From Thermoplasmatota archaeon (GTDB lineage: Archaea; Thermoplasmatota; Penumbrarchaeia; Penumbrarchaeales; Penumbrarchaeaceae), in assembly GCA_965234725.1 (NCBI GenBank), contig CBDDUX010000002.1, positions 1 to 64,000 on the forward strand: a stretch of DNA of 64,000 bases, given 5' to 3'. Below, one piece after another: positions 39,984 to 48,793 of this stretch. Position 1 is the first letter of the stretch. Every line of letters begins with the position of its first letter. Made by a program: the position numbers and the translations under genes. The notes beneath the pieces are model-generated. The model did not search any database. It worked only from the letters and a program-made list of their open reading frames with translations, and was not told where the DNA came from.

Positions 39984-40625
39984 ATGGAGATCGAGGTGGA
40001 GACCGAGGCAGGGATCATCGGTGTGGCTACAGCAAGCACTATCCTTGACAATGTGAATATAAAAAGGTCCAGAAAGGAGGTTTTCGATATCCTCCAGATC
40101 GAACTTAGAAAGGAACTGAGAGAGCGGATAGGGAACCTAGAACGACTTAAGATGGACCCAACGATAAGAGCTCTCCGTAGTTTTTATTGGAAGATCGGGA
40201 CAGATCCTACAAAGACGCGTCCATCCTCGGAGGCACTTGTCAGAAGGGTCCTGCACAAAGGCCTACCCATGATCAACAATCTTGTGGATGCTGGAAACCT
40301 TGCATCGGCAAAGGATTTCGTACCAATAGGTCTCTACGATCTTTCCAAGATCAAAGGCAGCCCTATGATCAGGTTATCTCGAGGTGGTGAAACCTTCCAT
40401 GGTATCGGGGGGAGAGAGGAGAGATTAGAGTCTGGGATCCCAGTCATGGTTGATGATATTGGGATTATCCATCTCTACCCCCACAGGGACTGCTTTAGAA
40501 CAAGGATAACCGAGGAAACTACAGATGTCCTTATGGTTGCCTGCGGTGTAAAGGAGATGAAGGATCGGGTATTGAAAGAATCCCTTACAGATGTTGAGGA
40601 ATTTTTTTCAGACCTGGAGGTGTGA
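39984..40625 (+). CDS. Stand-alone B3/B4 (PheRS beta editing-like) protein
   Basis: DPTKTRPSSEALVRR, INNLVDAGN, PIGLYD, HRDCFRTRI. Confidence 0.9.
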   Translation: MEIEVETEAGIIGVATASTILDNVNIKRSRKEVFDILQIELRKELRERIGNLERLKMDPTIRALRSFYWKIGTDPTKTRPSSEALVRRVLHKGLPMINNLVDAGNLASAKDFVPIGLYDLSKIKGSPMIRLSRGGETFHGIGGREERLESGIPVMVDDIGIIHLYPHRDCFRTRITEETTDVLMVACGVKEMKDRVLKESLTDVEEFFSDLEV

Positions 40626-40628
40626 ATT

Positions 40629-41057
40629 CTGAGCACTGTTCACATTTATACAGATGGAGGATCAAGGGGAAACCCTGGTCCCGCTGCAACCGCTTTCATG
40701 GCCCTGGTCATTGAAAATGGAAATGATAGGATACTCCGGAAAATGGCTAGAAGGATAGGAAAAGCAACCAATAACCAGGCGGAATACAGGGCAATGATCA
40801 TGGCCATGGAATGGGCATTGTCCAGGGGATTCAAAGATCTGGTACTCCACTCTGATTCGGAACTTCTGGTTAAACAAGTATTGGGAGAATATTCCGTCAG
40901 ATCCTCGAATGTCAAGGACCTCCATTCACGCTTAAAGGACCTGCTGGAGGGAGTTGAATACAGAATATTCCATCACAATAGAGAGGATGCCCATATTCAG
41001 GTCTGTGATGAAATGGTGAACAGGGTCCTTGATCAGGGATTGGCTCGCAGAAAATAG
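40629..41057 (+). CDS. rnhA: Ribonuclease HI, probable CTG start
   Basis: Frame extends upstream of ATG 40698 to LSTVHIYTDGGSRGNPGPAA; TNNQAEY, HSDSELLVKQ; SD ggaggtg at 40616-40622. Confidence 0.88.
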   Translation: MSTVHIYTDGGSRGNPGPAATAFMALVIENGNDRILRKMARRIGKATNNQAEYRAMIMAMEWALSRGFKDLVLHSDSELLVKQVLGEYSVRSSNVKDLHSRLKDLLEGVEYRIFHHNREDAHIQVCDEMVNRVLDQGLARRK

Positions 41058-41062
41058 AGGAG

Positions 41063-41173
41063 AAACGAGGGGTTGTCACACTCGCGAACGAGGACCCCCT
41101 CGTTTGAACAAGGTGGGGCTAAGAAGAGAGGATTGAATGCGTGATGAACAAAAAATTCAACTTCCACCCTGTG
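41063..41173 (-). ncRNA. Candidate structured intergenic RNA or bidirectional terminator
   Basis: Hairpin aaacgagggg...cccctcgttt (41063-41105) with inner ctcg-TTCG-cgag on the minus strand; second stem acagggtgg/ccaccttgt; TATA-like ttaaata near 41200. Confidence 0.35.
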
Positions 41174-41253
41174 TTTTCAAAGATCGAAATTTAGATATTT
41201 AACATTAATTGATGGGAGTCCGCCTGTATCGAAAATAGACCTATGAGTGAGAT

Positions 41254-41691
41254 TCAGCTCAGGATCCTGTTCTTTGCCCTCTGGAATTCGTGGTCTGTGA
41301 GGACCCCATTATTGTGAAGGTTCGTGAGAATCTCCAGTTCCCTAACGATCTCTGGGTCCCTGATCTTGCCAGATTCATGTTCTGGTCCGAGGCATTCTTC
41401 CAATCTATCCATTAGCTCGAAGACCAAACGCTTCACATGGGTATCCTGGTATGGGCCTATGCCCATATTTTCTCCTTCAAGATGAATAATGGATTCGTTT
41501 CCTCTTTCCCTTACCTCGACTCTCATTTCAGCGGGATTGAAGGGATCGAATCTATATTTCTCTTTGAATTGTAAATGGGTTAGGTCTCTGTCCTGGAATA
41601 GAAGACCCATCTCCTCCAGTATGGACTGTCCGATCCTGAGGATCTCTCCTTTTGAAGCGTTAACACGAACATCTTGGGAGAATGTTGACAT
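41254..41691 (-). CDS. SHOCT-domain protein
   Basis: C-terminal ELEILTNLHNNGVLTDHEFQRAKNRIL. Confidence 0.8.
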   Translation of the reverse strand: MSTFSQDVRVNASKGEILRIGQSILEEMGLLFQDRDLTHLQFKEKYRFDPFNPAEMRVEVRERGNESIIHLEGENMGIGPYQDTHVKRLVFELMDRLEECLGPEHESGKIRDPEIVRELEILTNLHNNGVLTDHEFQRAKNRILS

Positions 41692-41778
41692 CGATCCCCT
41701 TCCTTAACGGGGGGTCATTATCGATTACCATTATAATGTTTATACAGAGGAGTATGAAAGTAAGGCAAATAATAGGGA

Positions 41779-42066
41779 TCAGGAGCCCAAAATGAATATG
41801 AATGGTAGTCCGAACAAGAAAATGATGAAAACTATCGATAATATTCCAATGATAAGGAAGGTCACACCTCTGATCACACCTATCCAGAAACCTGCAAGGG
41901 CCAATGTCTCTCCACCATAGGTAAGAGGATCCTCCTTGATCTTGTTCAATTGGATCCTTCCTGTTATGATCGCCAGGACCGACATTGAAAAGGGCATCAT
42001 GACGAAACCAACAAGTGCCGTTATCAATGAGATAATAGCCAGGGTCTGATCCTTTCCTTCTTCCAT
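41779..42066 (-). CDS. DUF4190-like small membrane protein
   Basis: LAIISLI...LAIITGRIQLNKIK...GGETLALAGFWIG. Confidence 0.75.
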   Translation of the reverse strand: MEEGKDQTLAIISLITALVGFVMMPFSMSVLAIITGRIQLNKIKEDPLTYGGETLALAGFWIGVIRGVTFLIIGILSIVFIIFLFGLPFIFILGS

Positions 42067-42117
42067 ACTATCAGTTGTCCATTACGGAGGTCGGAGTATC
42101 TGAAGGTTTCCGCTACT

Positions 42118-45100
42118 TCAGAGAATTTTAATGATCAATGATCCCATGTCCAGCTTCCATTCGGTTCCCTCTACTGATACATCGATCTCCAGTGTATCTG
42201 CAAGGGTCTCATGGATGATATAATCCCTGAAAGCTTCAACTCCTTTGAGGATCTGAGGATCGCCATGGAGGGAGATGGATATTCTGGCATCGTATTCCAG
42301 GTCCATGTCCTTCCTCATTGTCTGGATCCTTCTGACGACCTCCCTGGCTACTCCTTCATTGATCAGGTCGGCGGTCAGTTCCAGGTCCAGGATCACCTCC
42401 AGGTCACCTTCTCCGCCAAGCGACCACCTCTCACCTAAAACCTCGTGGAATCTGAAATCCTCCTCTGTGAGATGATAGCTCTCACCTTCGACCTCAACGT
42501 CGATCCCTGTCTCCTTAACCACTTTTGCCAAATCCCTGGAGTCCATCTCTTTAAGCTGTTCCGTTACTTTTCTGGATGCAGCTTTCAACTTTGGTCCCAC
42601 CTTCTTCGGATCAGGTTCCGCTGTTATCTCGAAATAAGCCGAGAGGTCATTCTCGAAGATGACCTCCTTTACATTGAGCTCGGATCTGATTATCGAGATA
42701 AGCCCTTCGCTGAAAGGTTCGGATCCCTTCACGACCGCTCGAGAGAGAGGCTGTCTGATCTTTGAATTCTTGGAACTTCTGGAAGATCTTCCCAGCTCCA
42801 CTACCTGTTTGAGGAGCTCCATTTTCTCTTCAAGTTCATTATCCCGTAATCTTTCATCAACCAGGGGATAGTCCTCGAAATGGACAGAATCCTTACTATT
42901 GTCAAATCCCAGGTCCTGATAGACCTTCTCCGAGTGGAATGGAACAAAGGGGGCGGCAAGCTTGGAAACGGTAAGCAGGCTTTCGGCCAATGTGTCATAT
43001 GCTGTCCTCTTTTCCATGGAATCCTCACTTCCCCAGAACCGTCTCCTGTTCACCCTGACATACCAGTTCGAGAGGTCCTCTATAACGAAGTATTTGATCG
43101 CCTGGGATGATCCGGTAAGATCAAAGTCCATCATCATCCGATCCACATCTTTGACAAGGGAATTTAGTCTGGAGAGAAGCCATCTATCCACATCTGACCT
43201 CTGGCTAGGATCAGTTCTTTCAATTGGTTTATAACCATCAAGTCCAGCATAGGTCCTGTAGAAGCCGAGAACATTCCTGAGGGTTCCCAGGAAGGACCTG
43301 TTGACCTCGTTAACAGCTTCTTGTGAGAACAGCTTCGGTTTCCACGGCTGGGAGGAAGCCAGCAGATACCATCTGATGGCATCAGCACCGTCCTTGCCGA
43401 TCACATCCCAGGGATCGATGACATTACCCTTGGATTTCGACATCTTCTTTCCTTCTCCATCCAGGACAAGGGCATGGCAGATAACGTTCTTGTAAGAGGG
43501 ACCGTCGAATACTGCGGTTGAAACAGCAAGAAGAGAATAGAACCAGCCTCTTGTCTGGTCGATCCCTTCTGCGATGAAATCGCGGGGGAATTGCCTCTTG
43601 AACTCTTCCACGTTCTCGAAGGGATAGTGAAGTGCGGCAAAGAAAGAGGATCCCGAATCATACCAGCAGTCAATGACGTAATTGACCCTTTTCATTTCCT
43701 CTCCGCATTCTTTGCAGGGGAAGATTATCTGGTCCACATAAGGTCTGTGAAGTTCGGGAATATCGTCAGATCCTGTAAGTTCCTTTATTTCCTCTCTAGA
43801 TCCTATCACATGCTCGTGTCCGTTCGAGCATCTCCACATGGGAAGAGGGGTTCCCCAGTATCTTTCCCTGGAAAGGTTCCAGTCCTTAACCTCCTCTAGG
43901 AAGTTCCCGAACCTGCCGTTCTTGATGTTCGATGGATACCAGTTGATCTGCGCATTATTATCCATCAACTCCTTCCGGAGACGGGACATCCTAACGAAGA
44001 TCGATTTTCTTGCGTAGTATAGAAGGGGAGTATCGCATCTCCAGCAGAATGGATATTGGTGGGCATAGTTATGAATACCTTCCAGAAGCCCCCTCTTGTC
44101 AAGGTCCTTGATTATTTCCGGGTCAGCATCCTTGACGAAGGTCCCCTTCCAAGGAGTCACTTCATCTTTGAAGGTCCCGTTGGGATGGACCGCTTGGATG
44201 AATGGAAGGTCGTACTGTATACCAACCTGGAAGTCGTCCTCTCCAAAAGCGGGGGCAATATGCACGATCCCGGTCCCGTCCTCCATTGTAACGAAATTTG
44301 CTGTCGTGACAAAATATCCTGGTTTATCCGGTTTCATGAAATCGAAGAGGGGATGATATTTCAATCCTTCCAGATCCGACCCCATTATCCTCTGGAGGAC
44401 CTCGTACTGGTCCTCCTTGAGCAGAACCTTTGCCCTTGCCTCTGCAAGGATTATATCCTGGCCCTTGTATTTGATCCTCAGGTAGAACTCGTCGGGATGG
44501 ACCGCTAAAGCGACATTAGAAAGAAGCGTCCATGGAGTTGTGGTCCAGGCAAGGAGGTAGGTGTTCTCCTGTGTGGCCACCTTGAACTTGATAAATATGG
44601 ACGGTTCCTCCACTTCTCTGTAACCTTGAGCGACTTCATGTGAGGAAAGGGATGTTCCACACCTTGGGCAGAAGGGAACGATCTGATGTCCCTCCTCCAG
44701 CAGTCCCTTCTTCCATATCTCCTTTAGTGACCACCATACGGATTCTATGTAAGAGTCCTTCATGGTGATGTAAGGGTCCTCAAGGTCCAGGACATACCCG
44801 ATCCTTTCAGTCATCTTTGACCAGTGGTCGATGTAAGTGAAAACCGAACTCCTGCATTCCTTGATGAAAGGTTCAATTCCGTATTCCTCTATCTGGTCCT
44901 TGTTCTCGATGCCAAGTTTTTTTTCAACCGCCAGTTCCACGGGGAGTCCATGGCAGTCCCAACCCCCCATTCTCGGAACGAAGAAACCTTTCATGTTACG
45001 GTGTCTGTCCACAGCATCCTTGATGGTCCTTGCGAAGATATGGTGGACTCCCGGAGGTGCATTTGCAGTGGGAGGTCCTTCGAGGAATCTGAAATATTCT

Positions 45101-45225
45101 TTCCCTTCATTGTGACGGAGGAGCCTTCTAATTATATCGAGGTCTCTCCAGCGTGCTAGCACCTCCTCTTCGAGGGCGACCGAATCACTGAGCTGGGTCT
45201 GACCTTCACTATCATCTTCGTTCAT
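42118..45225 (-). CDS. ileS: Isoleucyl-tRNA synthetase (archaeal/eukaryote-like type)
   Basis: EGPPTAN, GWDCHGLPVE, WTTTPWTL, SRERYWGTP, EGIDQTRGWF, KMSKS. Confidence 0.97.
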   Translation of the reverse strand: MNEDDSEGQTQLSDSVALEEEVLARWRDLDIIRRLLRHNEGKEYFRFLEGPPTANAPPGVHHIFARTIKDAVDRHRNMKGFFVPRMGGWDCHGLPVELAVEKKLGIENKDQIEEYGIEPFIKECRSSVFTYIDHWSKMTERIGYVLDLEDPYITMKDSYIESVWWSLKEIWKKGLLEEGHQIVPFCPRCGTSLSSHEVAQGYREVEEPSIFIKFKVATQENTYLLAWTTTPWTLLSNVALAVHPDEFYLRIKYKGQDIILAEARAKVLLKEDQYEVLQRIMGSDLEGLKYHPLFDFMKPDKPGYFVTTANFVTMEDGTGIVHIAPAFGEDDFQVGIQYDLPFIQAVHPNGTFKDEVTPWKGTFVKDADPEIIKDLDKRGLLEGIHNYAHQYPFCWRCDTPLLYYARKSIFVRMSRLRKELMDNNAQINWYPSNIKNGRFGNFLEEVKDWNLSRERYWGTPLPMWRCSNGHEHVIGSREEIKELTGSDDIPELHRPYVDQIIFPCKECGEEMKRVNYVIDCWYDSGSSFFAALHYPFENVEEFKRQFPRDFIAEGIDQTRGWFYSLLAVSTAVFDGPSYKNVICHALVLDGEGKKMSKSKGNVIDPWDVIGKDGADAIRWYLLASSQPWKPKLFSQEAVNEVNRSFLGTLRNVLGFYRTYAGLDGYKPIERTDPSQRSDVDRWLLSRLNSLVKDVDRMMMDFDLTGSSQAIKYFVIEDLSNWYVRVNRRRFWGSEDSMEKRTAYDTLAESLLTVSKLAAPFVPFHSEKVYQDLGFDNSKDSVHFEDYPLVDERLRDNELEEKMELLKQVVELGRSSRSSKNSKIRQPLSRAVVKGSEPFSEGLISIIRSELNVKEVIFENDLSAYFEITAEPDPKKVGPKLKAASRKVTEQLKEMDSRDLAKVVKETGIDVEVEGESYHLTEEDFRFHEVLGERWSLGGEGDLEVILDLELTADLINEGVAREVVRRIQTMRKDMDLEYDARISISLHGDPQILKGVEAFRDYIIHETLADTLEIDVSVEGTEWKLDMGSLIIKIL

Positions 45226-45375
45226 GGGCTTTTCCTCCGTTATTGTACAAAGAACACGGGGAGAAAGTAGGTATCATATTTAACTGCTTATCACGCCTGG
45301 TCCTCCTCTGATGTTGGGGATAAAGAATTTAAACGAAAGGAACATCCGAAATTAAATCAGAAGGAGATTGACCAA

Positions 45376-45795
45376 ATGGCTTACAGCAGGGTTGTAGAGG
45401 GTCTTGCACTCGCGGGAATGACGGACAGCGGACACATGGTCCCCATGGATACCAAGAAGGAATCGGGAGGACTTGAATCGGCACCCACTCCCATGGAACT
45501 AGTCCTTCAGGCGCTGATCGGATGTACACAGATGGATGTGGTCTCCATTCTGCAAAAGATGAAGGTTCAATACGACGAGTTCATTGTATCTGAAAGCCAT
45601 GAGAGGTCGGAAGAGCATCCTAAGGTATACACGAAGATACATCTCACTTACAGTTTCAAAGGAGAAGGAATGGATGTCGAGAAGGTTAAGAAGGCAGTAA
45701 AGCTCTCGAAAGAGAGATACTGCGGTGTGTCTGCCATGCTTTCCAAAACCGCCGAAATCACCAATGAAATTATGATAAACGAAATTAAAACCTAA
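45376..45795 (+). CDS. OsmC/YhfA-family protein
   Basis: PMELVLQALIGCT...DVVSILQK...ERYCGVSAML. Confidence 0.9.
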   Translation: MAYSRVVEGLALAGMTDSGHMVPMDTKKESGGLESAPTPMELVLQALIGCTQMDVVSILQKMKVQYDEFIVSESHERSEEHPKVYTKIHLTYSFKGEGMDVEKVKKAVKLSKERYCGVSAMLSKTAEITNEIMINEIKT

Positions 45796-45850
45796 TTTTT
45801 TTCACTTGTGAAGAAAAGCATCTAATATTCGCTTTGGATATGAAAATGGG

Positions 45851-46684
45851 ATGAGAAAGAGTGTTGTTCTAATTGGAACATCAATCTTGTTCCTATTACT
45901 TGTAATATCGATCCTGTCATACACTATAATATCCTTCGAGAAAGAAAACAGTAGTGGGAGTACTGCGCATCTTGAGATCGGGATCGATCTCGCAGAGTAC
46001 ATGGAAGATTATGATATCCAGGTCAATATCACCAATACCGGTAATAGTAGTTTCAAAATTGATGATGAGGATCCAGCAATGATAAACATCAATGTTTCCA
46101 GAATGGATGGTATTGTGATCTGGTCCGATACATCGAAGGTAAGCTTGGTCGGTACTGAATCCATCGAGCCCGAGGGATTTATTACACATCATTTTTATTT
46201 GAATACAGAATGGAATATGATTAATCGAACCACATCCCTCCCATACGGTCATTACCTCCTAAAGGTCGAGGTAATCACTGCCGAAGAGTCATATCGAAAT
46301 TCTACCGGGTTCAATCACACTCCGTTGGTGGATATGGAAATTTCCGGTGAAACTGTGGATGGGAAGGGACTTGCTATTGTATCATACACCAATACTCGGG
46401 ATTATTCTCTCAACTTCTCCATTTCATCTCCCCCATTGACCTTTATTGACATCTATGATGTTGAGGATAGAAGGATCGGTGGTTCTGGTGACGGTTATAT
46501 TCAAGTGGTAGTAGAATACAATATCCACCCTGGAAGAACGATCTATAGTAATATTACATTTATCAATGATTACTGGCATGACAAGTTGACCTCCGGTACC
46601 TACCGGATCGAAGCCAGTTGCATGGCATTCCCCATTCATGTGGAAGAATGGGTTTTCTTCGAAGGATATGAACTCAAGGAATAA
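45851..46684 (+). CDS. Exported protein with two Ig-like (BsuPI-like) domains
   Basis: N-terminal TM/signal; repeated ITNTG/YTNTR...IEPEG/IHPGR...LPYGHY/LTSGTY pattern. Confidence 0.5.
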   Translation: MRKSVVLIGTSILFLLLVISILSYTIISFEKENSSGSTAHLEIGIDLAEYMEDYDIQVNITNTGNSSFKIDDEDPAMININVSRMDGIVIWSDTSKVSLVGTESIEPEGFITHHFYLNTEWNMINRTTSLPYGHYLLKVEVITAEESYRNSTGFNHTPLVDMEISGETVDGKGLAIVSYTNTRDYSLNFSISSPPLTFIDIYDVEDRRIGGSGDGYIQVVVEYNIHPGRTIYSNITFINDYWHDKLTSGTYRIEASCMAFPIHVEEWVFFEGYELKE

Positions 46685-47221
46685 TTAATGAGAATTATTC
46701 TTGATTTTATTTTCAACTCCTTTTTCATCATTGATTTTGAATCTGCTATCAGATTCCATGGAATCGAACCTTTCAAGCTTCCTCCCTACCCAACCGGTCC
46801 TTACCTCCTCCCCCTCCCCGACCATTGGAAAATACGATTTAATATCGAGAACCGGAGTTCCATCGATCATATCCAGGTCCTTGATATGGAGAATATTTCC
46901 TTCTATCTTTTCAAGCCTTACAACATGTAATCCTATGGGATTTGGTCTTCTTGGAGCCCTTGTCGAGAAAACGCCTCTTACCACATCATCAAGGAAAGGG
47001 ACGACCTTCAGATCATATCCACTGCTCCTGTGAAGATGACAAAGAAGGAGGATATGGGAAAAGCCCTCGAGGTCTGAAAGACCCCCAACGAATTCATCAA
47101 GGACCTCCACCTTTCCCTCGATCCCTTTTCCTCCTCTGTTCTGGATAGGCATTCCGGAAGGGTCCTTGAATGGAGACCTGACATATCCGATCGGAGAGTA
47201 TTCGATATCCATCCTAATCAC
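46685..47221 (-). CDS. tsaA: TsaA/TrmO-family SAM-binding tRNA methyltransferase
   Basis: PIGYVRSPF, LEGFSHI, GVFSTRAPRRPNPIG, DGTPVLDIK. Confidence 0.9.
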   Translation of the reverse strand: MIRMDIEYSPIGYVRSPFKDPSGMPIQNRGGKGIEGKVEVLDEFVGGLSDLEGFSHILLLCHLHRSSGYDLKVVPFLDDVVRGVFSTRAPRRPNPIGLHVVRLEKIEGNILHIKDLDMIDGTPVLDIKSYFPMVGEGEEVRTGWVGRKLERFDSMESDSRFKINDEKGVENKIKNNSH

Positions 47222-47577
47222 TCACAATGACAGTTCCTTCCATCCTGGGGATGTTCATGATCTGGGTTGCATCTGCAGGCTTTCTTCATTTCATCAATGT
47301 CGAAGAAAATGGAGAAGAAATTGTCCAGAGACCTATCCAGCTCCTCTTTTCCAGCTTCTGTCAGGGTGTATCTCTTCTCATTATCCACCTTCAGAAGTCC
47401 TCTGAATGTCATCATTTTAAGGACCGGATATATGGTTCCAGGACTGGGCATGTGGCCTTTTCTTTCCTCCAGCTCCCTGGCGATCTCCATCCCCGTTTTA
47501 GGCTCTTTCCTTAGACTCCAAAGAACAATGAAGCTCAGGAAACCCTTCATCATATGGGGATGGTGGTGCCCGTGCAT
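47218..47577 (-). CDS. PadR-family regulator with His-rich N-terminus and Cys/His C-terminal tail
   Basis: PSPGTIYPVLK...YTLTEAG; MHGHHHPH; CRCNPDHEH...CHC. Confidence 0.88.
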   Translation of the reverse strand: MHGHHHPHMMKGFLSFIVLWSLRKEPKTGMEIARELEERKGHMPSPGTIYPVLKMMTFRGLLKVDNEKRYTLTEAGKEELDRSLDNFFSIFFDIDEMKKACRCNPDHEHPQDGRNCHCE

Positions 47578-47584
47578 GTGGAGG

Positions 47585-47697
47585 TATCGGATCATCGATA
47601 TTTAACGGCTGGGAATCAATTACTATCGCAAATCCGATAGATTGAAATAGAAGTATCGCATTTCCGATATTGGAAATACGATATCGTATTCCCGACA
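47585..47697. promoter_or_regulatory. Five TATCG-N6-CGATA palindromic operators in a divergent promoter
   Basis: Exact copies at 47585, 47624, 47654; one-mismatch copies at 47668 and 47682. Confidence 0.8.
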
Positions 47698-47712
47698 ATG
47701 GAGGAAATCAAT

Positions 47713-47937
47713 ATGCACGGACACCACGGATGTAAAGGGTTCCATGGAATGGGACCTCACGAAGATATGATGATGATGGGTATGAGAATGCATGGAATGG
47801 ACCACCACCCGGAACATTGTGGAAGACATTTCTTTTCAAAGGAGGAGAAGATCGATCTACTTGAGAAGTACGGGGAATGGCTCGAAAAGGAGTCAAAGGG
47901 CGTAGGAGAAATGCTAGAAGATCTAAAGAAAAAGTAA
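47713..47937 (+). CDS. Small His/Met/Cys-rich protein with C-terminal coiled coil (DUF5320-like)
   Basis: MHGHHGCKGFHGMGPHEDMMMMGMRMHGMDHHPEHC then SKEEKIDLLEKY; SD ggagg at 47700. Confidence 0.7.
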   Translation: MHGHHGCKGFHGMGPHEDMMMMGMRMHGMDHHPEHCGRHFFSKEEKIDLLEKYGEWLEKESKGVGEMLEDLKKK

Positions 47938-48036
47938 TTGTCAATTTCAATCAAAGTTACCTTACCTTGTAATTGAACTTCTTGTCCTATACATGTATCA
48001 ATATCCTTTATTAACATAGAGTTTCTAGACCTGGTT

Positions 48037-48792
48037 ATGCCTTCTCCTTTCAAGGAATTGAACCTTCCCGAAATTCAGAGGAAGAAATCAACCAGAGAAG
48101 AAATGCCCGATAAGGATGATGTGATATGGGCCAGGGAGCTGATCAAGGTCTATTCCTCTGGAGAACTTGAGGTGACGGCACTTAGAGGAGTGGATATTAC
48201 CATCAAGAGAGGTGAGGTAGTGGCCATCGTAGGGCCCTCTGGATGTGGGAAGACAACTCTCCTCAACATCTTCGGGGCCCTGGACACTCCAACCGCGGGC
48301 AGGATCTATGTCGATGGAAGCGACCTGAAGAAGATGGGAGAGAAGAAGCTTTCAACCTTCAGGAGGGAGAAGATAGGTTTCATTTTCCAGAATTTCAATC
48401 TTATCAACACTTTGACTGCCAGAGAGAATATTGAGCTCCCCATGAGGATCAACGGGATCAACTCTTCGGCCATCAAGGAGAGGGCCGACGATCTTTTGAA
48501 AGCGGTAGGGTTGAAGGATAGGCAGGGACACAGACCCGACCAGCTTTCCGGAGGTGAGCAGCAGAGGGTAGCATTTGCGGTGGCATTGGGAAATGATCCC
48601 GAGATAATCCTCGCAGACGAACCTACCGGTGAACTGGATTCAGAGACCGGAAAGGAGATAATGACAATTTTTCGGGAACTCTCAAAGCAGATGGGAAAGA
48701 CCGAGATAATCGTCACCCACGACAGCCGGATTTCCCAGATGGCAGACAGGACCCTCAGGATCATTGATGGAAGGATAGTATCGGAGGAATGA
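48037..48792 (+). CDS. ABC transporter ATPase (LolD/MacB-like)
   Basis: GPSGCGKTT, LSGGEQQRV, ILADEPTG, VTHD. Confidence 0.95.
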   Translation: MPSPFKELNLPEIQRKKSTREEMPDKDDVIWARELIKVYSSGELEVTALRGVDITIKRGEVVAIVGPSGCGKTTLLNIFGALDTPTAGRIYVDGSDLKKMGEKKLSTFRREKIGFIFQNFNLINTLTARENIELPMRINGINSSAIKERADDLLKAVGLKDRQGHRPDQLSGGEQQRVAFAVALGNDPEIILADEPTGELDSETGKEIMTIFRELSKQMGKTEIIVTHDSRISQMADRTLRIIDGRIVSEE

Positions 48793-48793
48793 A

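Noticed and set aside
40623-40625. Selenocysteine UGA
   Set aside because: It falls between two complete domains rather than at a catalytic Cys position, and no Sec machinery is visible
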